Below are positions 1 to 8,829 of a stretch of DNA of 61,255 bases, one piece after another. Within the stretch, counting starts at the first letter, position 1; each line of letters begins with the position of its first letter. Source of the DNA: Candidatus Moranbacteria bacterium UBA2206 (lineage in GTDB: Bacteria; Patescibacteriota; Minisyncoccia; Moranbacterales; UBA2206); assembly GCA_002328565.1 (NCBI GenBank), contig DCUU01000020.1, positions 1 through 61,255 on the forward strand. The letters are read 5' to 3'. Under the pieces are notes generated by a model that had not been told where the DNA came from, did not search any database, and saw only the letters and a list, made by a program, of their open reading frames with translations. The translations under genes and the position numbers were made by a program.

Positions 1-43
1 CTTTGGCGGGGGTGTGCTGACTAATATATTAAATGAAAACGAT

Positions 44-544
44 ATGAATGAAGAAAAGACACAACTGGTGCTAATTAAAACAAGCTTAGGTGATATTGAG
101 GTAGAACTATTCGACAGCGCGCCTAAAACTGCTAAGAATTTTGCCGATCTTGCAAAAAAAGGATTCTATAACGGCACGAAATTTCATCGGGTGATCAAAG
201 GTTTTATGATTCAAGCGGGTGATCCACTTTCCAAGGATGATTCACAAAAATCCATGTGGGGAACTGGTGGACCAGGATATAAATTTAATGACGAGCTTAC
301 TGGTAAGGAAAAATATCTCCAAGGAGCTCTTGCGATGGCTAACTCCGGCCCAAACACTAATGGTTCTCAATTTTTCATCGTCACCGCGAGCCCTGGCGCG
401 CAACTCCCACCCAGCTACACGGTTTTTGGCAAAGTAGTTTCTGGCATCGACATCGCCCTAAAAATCGAAAACGTCCAAACCGCTCCTAATGATCAGCCAG
501 TTGATGATGTGGTGATTTATAATATGGAGTTGATGGAGAAATAG
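44..544 (+). CDS. ppiB: Cyclophilin-type peptidyl-prolyl cis-trans isomerase
   Basis: Cyclophilin motifs FHRVIKGFMIQAGDP, GTGGPGYKFNDE and ANSGPNTNGSQFFI. The ORF track starts at a GTG at 14; the ATG at 44 (MNEEK) looks more likely. Confidence 0.9.
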   Translation: MNEEKTQLVLIKTSLGDIEVELFDSAPKTAKNFADLAKKGFYNGTKFHRVIKGFMIQAGDPLSKDDSQKSMWGTGGPGYKFNDELTGKEKYLQGALAMANSGPNTNGSQFFIVTASPGAQLPPSYTVFGKVVSGIDIALKIENVQTAPNDQPVDDVVIYNMELMEK

Positions 545-656
545 GAGAATAACGAAAATGTGGTATAATAAGATAGTGATTTGACATTTATCATAAAATT
601 TGATATAAATTCAAATCCTATTAGTATTAATAGTGTAATTAAGGCGTCTAAAATAT

Positions 657-983
657 ATGTCGATTACAAAAAAAGCTAAAGATTATTTGTTAAAAGCAAT
701 TAGTGGTAAAGATTTTGCGCCACAAGGACTTGTTGATATAAACAGGTATTTTAGACTTTATGGACCGATTAATTTTGAATTTAAAAAAGAAGGCGATGCT
801 ATTATTGGTATAAGCACAAATTTTAGATTTGGTTCTATTGTCACTTCAGGAAAAGATGAAAAAGAATTAGATAAAAACATTAAAGATGCTATTTTGACTT
901 CTTTTGAAATTCCTTCTTCCTATGCGAAGGAAGCTAATGTAAAAAATATTAACGAACACAATCAAGAATATGCCCTCGCGTAG
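657..983 (+). CDS. HicB-like antitoxin (putative)
   Basis: 108 aa with a HicB-like pattern (EGDAIIGISTNF...TSGKDEKELDKNIKDAILTSFEI). It overlaps the downstream HicA-like ORF by 14 nt. Confidence 0.5.
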   Translation: MSITKKAKDYLLKAISGKDFAPQGLVDINRYFRLYGPINFEFKKEGDAIIGISTNFRFGSIVTSGKDEKELDKNIKDAILTSFEIPSSYAKEANVKNINEHNQEYALA

Positions 984-1215
984 TCAACTTCCGGGAAATA
1001 TCAAAAGGAAGAAATTTATAAGGGCACTGATGCGTTGTGGTTTTGAAATAGATTTAAGTGGCGGAGACGGAAGTCACTACAAAGCAACTTGGCCAGCAAA
1101 TCAAAAATCAATCACTATTCAATCAGAGATAAGAAAAGACGTGCTGTATTATTTGTTAAAAGAGATTGAAAAATATAGTGGTGTCACTTGGGAAGAGATA
1201 AGAAGCAAAATGTAG
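970..1215 (+). CDS. hicA: HicA-like mRNA interferase toxin (YcfA/HicA family)
   Basis: 81 aa. KKFIRALMRCGFEIDLSGGDGSHYKATWP...ITIQ matches the HicA layout (KxxxxLxxxGF...GSH). Confidence 0.65.
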   Translation: MPSRSQLPGNIKRKKFIRALMRCGFEIDLSGGDGSHYKATWPANQKSITIQSEIRKDVLYYLLKEIEKYSGVTWEEIRSKM

Positions 1216-1236
1216 AAAAGAAATTATTTTTGAAAC

Positions 1237-1280
1237 AAAAAAAACAGGCAGGGTCGAAGTTCTCGGCGCCTGCCTGTTTG
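1237..1280. terminator. Bidirectional intrinsic terminator between convergent genes
   Basis: Stem acaggcagg (1244-1252) pairs with cctgcctgt (1269-1277). An A-run lies upstream and a T-run downstream. Confidence 0.75.
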
Positions 1281-1284
1281 TATT

Positions 1285-1860
1285 TTAGCTCTCAAGAAGT
1301 TTCTCAAGAGCTTTCTTCCAGTTTTTAACCTCACCAGTGTCTTGGAAAAAACCAAGTTTTGTACCATTGGTAAACTTGAATATTTCTTTAAAATGACGTC
1401 CGAAAAAAAGTGATGAATATTCAAGAATACGTCCCTCTGCACTTTGGTGATGATGTTGGGAGAATATTATTGCGGAACTTGCACCCATACTAATAGCATT
1501 AAATGCTATTTGGTAACCAACCATCTTTTCTTCCCCATAACCAGGATCATGTTGGTGAGCCTTGTAATCAAAAGGCATCATCGCGTCAGTTAAAACAACA
1601 TCCCAATAAACACTAGGGCTTTTAATTACTTTGTCAAAAGCTTTATCCCAAGGAGTTTTTTCTATAAACTTGGGTTCGGGGTTTTTGGCTGGAAAACCTT
1701 TTTCCGCCATTAATTTTTCGATAAGATTTGTATCTCCGTACCAAAGGTAGTCGAAAGTTTCTTTGTAACTTCCAATTATGGTTAAATCATGATCTTGGCC
1801 TAATTGCTCTTGAGCTGATGCTCTGTTTTTTTCTAAATCATCGATAACAAGAATTTTCAT
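1285..1860 (-). CDS. Stand-alone receiver (CheY-like) domain protein with a large internal insertion
   Basis: MKILVIDD at the N-terminus and VVLTDAMMP resemble the receiver acidic pocket and phospho-acceptor strand. There is no output domain and no kinase nearby. Confidence 0.45.
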   Translation of the reverse strand: MKILVIDDLEKNRASAQEQLGQDHDLTIIGSYKETFDYLWYGDTNLIEKLMAEKGFPAKNPEPKFIEKTPWDKAFDKVIKSPSVYWDVVLTDAMMPFDYKAHQHDPGYGEEKMVGYQIAFNAISMGASSAIIFSQHHHQSAEGRILEYSSLFFGRHFKEIFKFTNGTKLGFFQDTGEVKNWKKALEKLLES

Positions 1861-1932
1861 GAAATTCCACTCCTTTTTTATGTGATTTTTAAGAGTACTT
1901 CAAGCTAAGCCGCATACTTAACTTGACAAAGC

Positions 1933-1961
1933 AGTATAGCATATGGTTACAATATTGTCAA
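1933..1961 (-). promoter_or_regulatory. Sigma70-type promoter for the 1285..1860 gene
   Basis: The minus strand reads TTGACA, 17 nt, TATACT. On the plus strand these are tgtcaa at 1956-1961 and agtata at 1933-1938. Confidence 0.55.
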
Positions 1962-1976
1962 TAGGTTTCATTTAGT

Positions 1977-2005
1977 TTGACAACTATTTCAAGTAAGCGT
2001 ATAAT
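1977..2005 (+). promoter_or_regulatory. Sigma70-type promoter for the TrmB-like gene at 2043
   Basis: TTGACA (1977-1982), 17 nt, TATAAT (2000-2005). Confidence 0.6.
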
Positions 2006-2042
2006 ATAAGTATACAAATATGCCAAATTTAGTTTAAAATAT

Positions 2043-2813
2043 ATGAAAAAAGAAGTAATCGACAGTTTATACAAAAGCTTAGAGGAATTAGGCCTTTCAG
2101 AGTATGAAAAAAAACTCTATATTTTATCATTAGAAAATGGTCCTAGTTCAATCTCAAATCTTGCTAGGGAAATAAATATATCTCGGCCGAATGTTTATAA
2201 GATAATTGCTGGGCTAGAGAAGCATAAATTGACAAACTTTTCTCAAAATAAAAATTATACCAAAAGTTTTATGGTAGAATCTCCGTCAGCTGTTGCCGAG
2301 TTGCTTAAAAACAAAAATAAACAACTAAAAAATACAGTAGATAAATTTGAAAGTATATTGCCTGATCTTATGGTTTCTTATAAACAAGGAGAACTACCAA
2401 CTAAAATAAAAACACTAATAAAAAAAGAAGATATAATTGATGTTTTTGAGCAGGTGTTTGACGAAGCTCGTGACGAAATATTATTTTTTGGTTCATCTAA
2501 AAGTTTAAATGATTTTATTTCATTAAGTCGGGTGGAAAAACAAATTAGAAAAAGAATTAAAAGAGGAGTAAAAACAAAGTTGCTTGTTTTTTGTGATGAA
2601 GACGCTATGTCTTTTAAAAAAAGAGATATTGGCGAGCTTCGAGAAACTAGATTTTTAGAAAATTTTGATTTTTTTAGCACTAGTTTTTATTTATTTGCTA
2701 ATAAAGCTGTGATCTGGCAACCAAAAACGCCACTGGCAATTTTAATAGAAGATGAATATATAATTGCTATGCTTATGAGTATATATAAGGTACTTTGGAG
2801 TATGGCAAAATAG
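2043..2813 (+). CDS. TrmB-family transcriptional regulator (paralog 1 of 4)
   Basis: N-terminal winged HTH LGLSEYEKKLYILSLENGPSSISNLAREINISRPNVYKIIAGLEKHKL. Length and C-terminal end (...LWSMAK) resemble the other three paralogs. Confidence 0.8.
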   Translation: MKKEVIDSLYKSLEELGLSEYEKKLYILSLENGPSSISNLAREINISRPNVYKIIAGLEKHKLTNFSQNKNYTKSFMVESPSAVAELLKNKNKQLKNTVDKFESILPDLMVSYKQGELPTKIKTLIKKEDIIDVFEQVFDEARDEILFFGSSKSLNDFISLSRVEKQIRKRIKRGVKTKLLVFCDEDAMSFKKRDIGELRETRFLENFDFFSTSFYLFANKAVIWQPKTPLAILIEDEYIIAMLMSIYKVLWSMAK

Positions 2814-2852
2814 CTTTTTGTAATATTTTATACTTAACGATATACTAATAAT

Positions 2853-5528
2853 ATGCTAAACAAACCAAAAAAACTTATTCTAATAGACGGTAATGCAATC
2901 ATTCATAGGTCGTATCATGCTCTTCCTCCGCTAATGACTAAAAGTGGGGAGCTGGTAAATGCGGTGTATGGATTTGCATCCACGATACTGAGCGTTATTT
3001 TCAAGTTTCAGCCAGACTATATTTTGGCGACTTTTGATTTGGCGGGACCGACTTTTCGCCATGAGGAATATAAGGAATATAAGGCGACACGAACAAAAGC
3101 GCCGGATGAACTTTATGCGCAAATTGAAAGAGTGAAAGAAGTGGTGAGCGCCATGGGCATTCCAATTTATGAAAAAGCTGGCTTTGAGGCGGATGACGTG
3201 ATTGGGACGATGATTAGAAAATCGGAAAATGATTATGCTGATATTGAAAATATAATTGTGACGGGGGATTTGGACACAGTGCAACTTGTGAGCGAAAAAA
3301 CTCAAGTATACACAATGCGCCGAGGGCTCACGGATTCAGTGATGTATGATGAGGCAAAAGTTTTTGAAAGGTATGGCTTGAAACCAAGTCAAATTATTGA
3401 TTATAAGGGTCTTCGCGGTGATCCATCGGATAATATTTTGGGCGTCAAGGGTATTGGAGAAAAAACGGCCTCAAGTCTTTTGCAAAAATATGGGACGATT
3501 GAAGGTGTTTATGAAAATCTAAATGAAATTAAAGGGTCAGTCAAAGAAAAATTGGAACGGGATAAGATGCAAGCTATTCAAAGTAAAAGTTTAGCGACAA
3601 TTCGCACTGATGTTCCAGTAGAATTAAATTTAGAAGAAGCCAAAACGCACGAATTTGATCGACAAAAATTAGTGAAACTTTTTCAGGAGTTAAATTTCTT
3701 TTCATTGATCAAGCGCATCCCAAATAATGATGCTAATCTGCAAATAAATGCTAATCCACTAATTGCGAATGATGTGCAAGGGATAAAAGATTTCAAATAT
3801 GAATTAATTACAGATGATAAAGCAGAAGAATTTTTTGAAAATTTGAGTGCGCAAAAAGAAATTGCGATTGTAATTCGAGGGGGAGCTGAGGGGGTAGCAT
3901 TTTCTTGGAAAACCGGTCGAGCCAGTTTTGTAAAGCTAAAAGCTATAAGCTATAAGCTGAAAGCTATTCTGGAGAATGAAAATATCAATAAGATTGGATA
4001 TGATTTGAAAAATAGTATAAAAATATTAAAACAAAATAATATTAATTTAAAAGGTGAAATGTATGATGTGATGCTGGGCGCTTATATGCTAAATCCAGGA
4101 GCAAAAATGGACCTTCCTAGATTAGTTTTGGAACAATTAGGCGAAGAAATAGTTTCTGAAAAAAAGAAAGGGCAATTAGGACTAGAGATGGAAACGTCGG
4201 AAGAAATTGCAAACAAGGAATGCAAGACAGCCGACTATATTTGGAAACTCAAGGATATTTTTTCACAAAAAATTGCCAAAATATCAGTAGAACAAAAAAA
4301 GGAGGATAATTTAGAAAATGTTTTTTCTAAAATTGAAATGCCGTTAGTTAAAATTTTGGCCGAAATGGAAACGCACGGGGTAAAACTAAACACTATTATT
4401 TTCAAAGGCATTGCGGAAAAAATAAATGCTAGGATAATAAATTTAGAAAAAAATATTTATGAGTTGGCCGGAATTGAATTTAATATTAATTCTCCTAAAC
4501 AATTAGCGGAAATTCTTTTTGTGAAACTTCAAATTCCAACGGCGGACATCAAAAAAGGCAAGACCGGATTTTCTACTGCTTCAGCGGAGCTCCAAAAAAT
4601 CAAAGGAGAATTTAAGATTGCTGAGAAGATCGAAGAATACCGAGAAATTTTTAAATTAAAAACTACCTATCTCGATGCTCTACCCTTGCTTGTAGATGAA
4701 AATTCCCGCATTCACACCACTTTCAATCAAGCCGTCACAGCGACAGGGCGACTTTCTTCTTCGGAACCTAATTTGCAAAACATTCCAATTCGCACCGATC
4801 TTGGACAACTTCTTCGAGTAGCTTTCGAAGCCGAGGCTGGATATAAATTAGTGAGCGCCGATTATTCGCAAATTGATCTTCGCGCTGTAGCGCACGTTTC
4901 AGGTGACAAAAAAATGATTGAACTTTTTCATGCTGGGTCTGATATTCACACTGCCACCGCTTCTGAAATAAATAAGGTTTCACTTTCGCAAGTGACGCAG
5001 AAAATGCGAAGTTCTGCTAAGGCTTTGAATTTCGGAGTGATATATGGCATGAGTGTTTTTGGTTTTTCAGTTTCAGCTGGAATTTCTCGCGATGACGCCA
5101 AGAGATTTATCGATGCTTATTTTGAAAAATTTACCGGCGTGGCGCAGTATATGAAATCGACCAAGGAATTTGCCAAAATCAATGGATTTGTGGAAACCGA
5201 AATGGGGCGCCGTCGTTATATCCCAGAGATAAATTCTTCAAATTTTATGGTGCAAAACAGTGCGGAAAGAATGGCAATTAATATGCCCATTCAAGGCATG
5301 TCAGCCGATATTGTGAAGCTCGCGATGATTGTAGTGTATGAAGAATATAAAAATAATCCAGATGTTAAAATAATTCTTCAAGTGCACGACGAAATAATTT
5401 TGGAAGTTAAAGAGGAAATAGCCGAGGAAGTCGGTAGGAAAGTCAAAGAAATTATGGAAGGCGTTTATAAGCTCAAAGTCCCGCTAGTAGTGGATGTGAA
5501 GGCGGGGGATAATTGGGGGACTATCTAG
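2853..5528 (+). CDS. polA: DNA polymerase I
   Basis: 891 aa. Has the 5' nuclease N-terminus (LILIDGNAIIHRSYHAL), HhH (GVKGIGEKTA), polymerase motif A (DYSQIDLR), motif B (RSSAKALNFGVIYG) and motif C (QVHDE). Confidence 0.97.
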   Translation: MLNKPKKLILIDGNAIIHRSYHALPPLMTKSGELVNAVYGFASTILSVIFKFQPDYILATFDLAGPTFRHEEYKEYKATRTKAPDELYAQIERVKEVVSAMGIPIYEKAGFEADDVIGTMIRKSENDYADIENIIVTGDLDTVQLVSEKTQVYTMRRGLTDSVMYDEAKVFERYGLKPSQIIDYKGLRGDPSDNILGVKGIGEKTASSLLQKYGTIEGVYENLNEIKGSVKEKLERDKMQAIQSKSLATIRTDVPVELNLEEAKTHEFDRQKLVKLFQELNFFSLIKRIPNNDANLQINANPLIANDVQGIKDFKYELITDDKAEEFFENLSAQKEIAIVIRGGAEGVAFSWKTGRASFVKLKAISYKLKAILENENINKIGYDLKNSIKILKQNNINLKGEMYDVMLGAYMLNPGAKMDLPRLVLEQLGEEIVSEKKKGQLGLEMETSEEIANKECKTADYIWKLKDIFSQKIAKISVEQKKEDNLENVFSKIEMPLVKILAEMETHGVKLNTIIFKGIAEKINARIINLEKNIYELAGIEFNINSPKQLAEILFVKLQIPTADIKKGKTGFSTASAELQKIKGEFKIAEKIEEYREIFKLKTTYLDALPLLVDENSRIHTTFNQAVTATGRLSSSEPNLQNIPIRTDLGQLLRVAFEAEAGYKLVSADYSQIDLRAVAHVSGDKKMIELFHAGSDIHTATASEINKVSLSQVTQKMRSSAKALNFGVIYGMSVFGFSVSAGISRDDAKRFIDAYFEKFTGVAQYMKSTKEFAKINGFVETEMGRRRYIPEINSSNFMVQNSAERMAINMPIQGMSADIVKLAMIVVYEEYKNNPDVKIILQVHDEIILEVKEEIAEEVGRKVKEIMEGVYKLKVPLVVDVKAGDNWGTI
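3728..3775. repeat. 48-nt dispersed repeat, in-frame copy inside polA (codes NDANLQINANPLIANDV)
   Basis: gatgctaatctgcaaataaatgctaatccactaattgcgaatgatgtg is about 90 percent identical by eye to intergenic 46017-46064. Confidence 0.8.
3932..3966. repeat. AAGCT-word repeat inside polA (codes KLKAISYKLKAI)
   Basis: aaagctaaaagctataagctataagctgaaagctat. The same word family occurs at 5526-5556, 5622-5649, 5911-5942 and 16813-16842. Confidence 0.8.
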
Positions 5529-5649
5529 CTGTTAGCTTTTAGCTTTTAGCTTTTAGGTATAATAAAATTTATGGTGAATTCATAATGTTATGATAAAAAA
5601 TTTAAATTCTTAATTTACTAGAAGCTAAAAGCTAGTAGCTATAAGCTAT
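5526..5649. repeat. Intergenic long hairpin built from AAGCT-word repeats (polA/mutM spacer)
   Basis: agctgttagcttttagcttttagcttttag (5526-5556) is the imperfect reverse complement of aagctaaaagctagtagctataagcta (5622-5649). Confidence 0.8.
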
Positions 5650-5653
5650 TCCT

Positions 5654-6514
5654 ATGCCAGAACTACCTGAGGTCCAAACAGTCGTAAGCGACTTAAATAA
5701 AAAAATAAAGGGCGACACAATCGTTAGTTTTTGGAGTGAGTGGCTGAAAGCGATTAAGCCCGCCTCATCGGCGGATGAATTTTCGAAGAAAATTCAAAAT
5801 AGAAAAATTATCGGCGCAAGGAGAATTGGAAAAAATATATTCATTGATTTGTCGGGAGGGAAAACTTTGTATATTCATCTCAAGATGACCGGCCACCTTT
5901 TAATAAAATCTAAAAGCTATAAGCTAAAAGCTAAAAGCTATTTCGAAGATAGGGTTAATCAGTATATCAGGCATAAATTTTTTCTAAAATCGGGAAGAAC
6001 TTTGGAATTTTCGGATCTGCGAAAATTTGGCAAAATTGTTTTGGATGATACGGAAAAGATAAATAATTTAAAAGAAATAAAAGCGTTGGGGATTGACGCG
6101 CTGGATCCGAAATTTACTTTCAAAAAATTTCAAGAAATTTTAGAGAAAAAACCGAAGGTAAAAATTGGAATAATTTTGATGGATCAAAATTTAATTTCCG
6201 GTATTGGTAATATCTATCGGAGTGAAATTTTATTTGATGCTAAAGTTTTACCAGAAAGAACAGTGAAATCAATCTCAAAAAAAGATTTAGAAAAAATATA
6301 CAAAGCGACTATAAAAATCCTCAAAAAGGCTGTAAAAATGCGGGGAACTTCTGACAGTGATTATCGCGACACATCTGGCGCACCGGGGAATTTTCAAAAA
6401 GTTTTAATGGTGTATAATAAAGAAAAGCAAAAATGCAAAAAATGTGGTACAATAATTAAAAGAGAAACACTGGGGCAGAGGAGTGTTTTTATTTGTAAGA
6501 AGTGTCAGAAATAA
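5654..6514 (+). CDS. mutM: Formamidopyrimidine-DNA glycosylase
   Basis: MPELPEV catalytic N-terminus, H2TH region (GIGNIYRSEILF) and C-terminal zinc finger CKKCGT...CKKC. Confidence 0.95.
   Translation: MPELPEVQTVVSDLNKKIKGDTIVSFWSEWLKAIKPASSADEFSKKIQNRKIIGARRIGKNIFIDLSGGKTLYIHLKMTGHLLIKSKSYKLKAKSYFEDRVNQYIRHKFFLKSGRTLEFSDLRKFGKIVLDDTEKINNLKEIKALGIDALDPKFTFKKFQEILEKKPKVKIGIILMDQNLISGIGNIYRSEILFDAKVLPERTVKSISKKDLEKIYKATIKILKKAVKMRGTSDSDYRDTSGAPGNFQKVLMVYNKEKQKCKKCGTIIKRETLGQRSVFICKKCQK
5758..5779. repeat. CCGCC-TCATC-GGCGG hairpin inside mutM (codes PASSAD)
   Basis: gcccgcctcatcggcggatgaa. Related copies occur at 9371-9418 (intergenic) and 16201-16221 (in murE). Confidence 0.7.
5911..5942. 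repeat. AAGCT-word repeat inside mutM (codes KSKSYKLKAKSY)
   Basis: taaaagctataagctaaaagctaaaagctatt. Confidence 0.8.
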
Positions 6515-6601
6515 TTTTTTATAAATAATTTTAATTTACTAAAGTACGAATCAAGCGAAAATGCGAATTCGTAATTTAGTTTAATTAGTATTTTCGTAAA
6601 T

Positions 6602-7768
6602 ATGACTAAAAAACAAAAAATAATCATTGCTATTCTTGCAATAGCAATCGTAGCGGGGGGATTTTATTTTTTTCAAAAATCCAATACTTCCAATGTTAAG
6701 CAAATAGATTTGAACAAAAAACAAACCAGTTCTGGACCAGCTAACACGGGGCCGGTTAGTCCGATTTCTGGACTAAGTTGTGACAATTGGAATCGTCGTC
6801 CCGTAGCGGTGATGCAACCATCAGATGTGCAGGCTCGTCCGGCCGCCGGATTTTCCGAGGCGGATATGATAATTGAACTTCCGGCCTATACCTCATCTAA
6901 CACACGTCTTTTGGGCGTTTATGTTTGCAATCTTCCCAAAGAAGTTGGAGCGATCAGAAGTGCTCGTCATGATCACATTGCTTTGGCTGGTGGATTAGAT
7001 GCTTTTTTTGTTCATTGGGGTGGATCACATTTCGCTCTTGATCTTTTGAATAAAAATATAATTGACAGAATAGATTGTATGACAACTAATTATTGTGAAA
7101 GATGGAATTGGCAAAGTGATCCCGTAATGCGCATGGAAGATTCCGGACATATCACGGGAGAAAAAATCTTATCAGCTATGAAAAATCTAAACCTTCGAAT
7201 GGAAAGTAATTTTTCTGGCTATGCTCATCAAGAAGAATCTCCTATTGAGCAACGACCAAATGGAGGAAAGCTTCAGGTAGGTTTTGTCGAACCATATAAT
7301 GCTGAATATAAATATGAAAAAATTTCCAATTCATATCTTCGAGAATGGGGAAACAAAGAGGATACTGACAGAAACAACAATCAGAGATTAGCGCCGAAAA
7401 ATGTAGTGGTGATGTTTGCTAAATCTGAGCAGATTGTTAACAGTAAAGACTATAAAGCCTTGGGCTTACAGGATCCATGGGAGGGTGTGGAAACAATAAA
7501 AAATACCGGGGTAGAAAGTATTAGTGGGCGGTATAATAATGTAGAAATTGGCGATCCGTGGTATGACGAAACCGATAGCGGTCCAGCCAAATATTATTTC
7601 AATGGCAAAGAATATGAAGGAACTTGGAAAAAAGACAAATCGAAAATTGATAGTAAATTATTTTTCTATGATAATTCAGGAGCAGAGATAAAATTTGTTC
7701 CAGGGCAAATCTGGGTAGATATTCTAGAACCAGGACAAGCGCTTAGATGGGAACCAATTAATCAGTAG
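6602..7768 (+). CDS. DUF3048-family secreted/membrane-anchored protein
   Basis: N-terminal TM segment. RPVAVMQPSDVQARPAAGFSEADMIIELPAY resembles the conserved DUF3048 N-terminal block. Confidence 0.6.
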   Translation: MTKKQKIIIAILAIAIVAGGFYFFQKSNTSNVKQIDLNKKQTSSGPANTGPVSPISGLSCDNWNRRPVAVMQPSDVQARPAAGFSEADMIIELPAYTSSNTRLLGVYVCNLPKEVGAIRSARHDHIALAGGLDAFFVHWGGSHFALDLLNKNIIDRIDCMTTNYCERWNWQSDPVMRMEDSGHITGEKILSAMKNLNLRMESNFSGYAHQEESPIEQRPNGGKLQVGFVEPYNAEYKYEKISNSYLREWGNKEDTDRNNNQRLAPKNVVVMFAKSEQIVNSKDYKALGLQDPWEGVETIKNTGVESISGRYNNVEIGDPWYDETDSGPAKYYFNGKEYEGTWKKDKSKIDSKLFFYDNSGAEIKFVPGQIWVDILEPGQALRWEPINQ

Positions 7769-7851
7769 AAAGTAGCGAGTAGAAAGTAGAAAGCTAGGAT
7801 TTCTGTAGTCTTTGCTTTATACCTGCTACTTTATACTTACTACTTACAGCG

Positions 7852-8829
7852 ATGATTATTTTTCTCTTTGGTGATGATGCACTTCGCTCTAGCCAAAAAA
7901 TTAGCGAAATAAAAAATAAATTTTTATCTTCTGACAAGTCCGGTTCGGGCTTGTCAGTTTTTGACTATGCAGATGAGAATGAGGGTTCAAGAAAAATTGT
8001 CGAAGCTATAAACACCCCGAATTTATTAGCGCCTAAGAGACTTATAATTATTAAAAACCTAATTTCCAAAACTTTGGCCGAGGAACAGAAAAAAATTCTG
8101 GAATTTTTGAAAAAGAAAAAAAATTTAGGGCAAGACTTGGACGCGGTGATAATTTTTTGGGAAAGTGAGATGCCCAAGAAAAACAACGCTCTTTATAAAT
8201 TTTTAGTGGACAAAAACTCAGGAAGTAAAAGTCAGTATTTTGAAAAATTATCCGGCCTTAAACTAGAAGCGTGGATCCTAAAAACCTTGAAAGACACCAA
8301 TCCTATTTCAAGTATTTCTAAGGGTGCTCTTTCCAAATTGATTGCTTTTTGTGGAGAGGATAATTTTTTGTTATTTCAAGAAATTCAAAAACTAGTGTCT
8401 TATGCCGGAGAAAATTTGATTAGCGAAAAGGATGTGGAGCTTCTAGTCAAAGCTGATTTGAATAGTAATATTTTTGCAACAGTGGATGCACTTGGCGCGA
8501 ATAACAAAAAAGAAGCCCTTAGGCTTTTGCATGAACATTTGAAAAAAGGCGATGACCCATTCTATCTTTTGTCGATGTTTTTCTATCAATTTAGAAATAT
8601 GCTCAAAGTTGCAGATTTATATGAAAAAGGCATGCGCGCCGAATTTGATATCGCTCGCATGACCAAACTTCATCCCTTTGTCGTCAAAAAAACTTTGTCT
8701 CAAATGCGGAGTTTCACATTTTCCAAGTTAAAGAAAATTTATCAGACGCTGGGAGAAATTGATACTGCTGTCAAAACTGGGAAAGTCGAGATAAAATTGG
8801 CGTTGGATAAGTTTGTGGTGGAACTTTAA
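7852..8829 (+). CDS. holA: DNA polymerase III delta subunit
   Basis: 325 aa with typical HolA layout: short start MIIFLFGDD, clamp-loader-like AAA+ fold without a Walker A motif, and a C-terminal helical domain. Confidence 0.8.
   Translation: MIIFLFGDDALRSSQKISEIKNKFLSSDKSGSGLSVFDYADENEGSRKIVEAINTPNLLAPKRLIIIKNLISKTLAEEQKKILEFLKKKKNLGQDLDAVIIFWESEMPKKNNALYKFLVDKNSGSKSQYFEKLSGLKLEAWILKTLKDTNPISSISKGALSKLIAFCGEDNFLLFQEIQKLVSYAGENLISEKDVELLVKADLNSNIFATVDALGANNKKEALRLLHEHLKKGDDPFYLLSMFFYQFRNMLKVADLYEKGMRAEFDIARMTKLHPFVVKKTLSQMRSFTFSKLKKIYQTLGEIDTAVKTGKVEIKLALDKFVVEL

Noticed and set aside
2931-3305. 124-aa minus-strand ORF, and similar ones at 2378-2680, 4768-4983, 53433-54293 and 14406-14717, lying inside polA, the first TrmB-like gene, copA and ruvA.
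   Set aside because: They lie fully antisense to genes with unambiguous conserved motifs, have no RBS, and have low-complexity or odd composition. They are shadow ORFs of AT-rich coding DNA.
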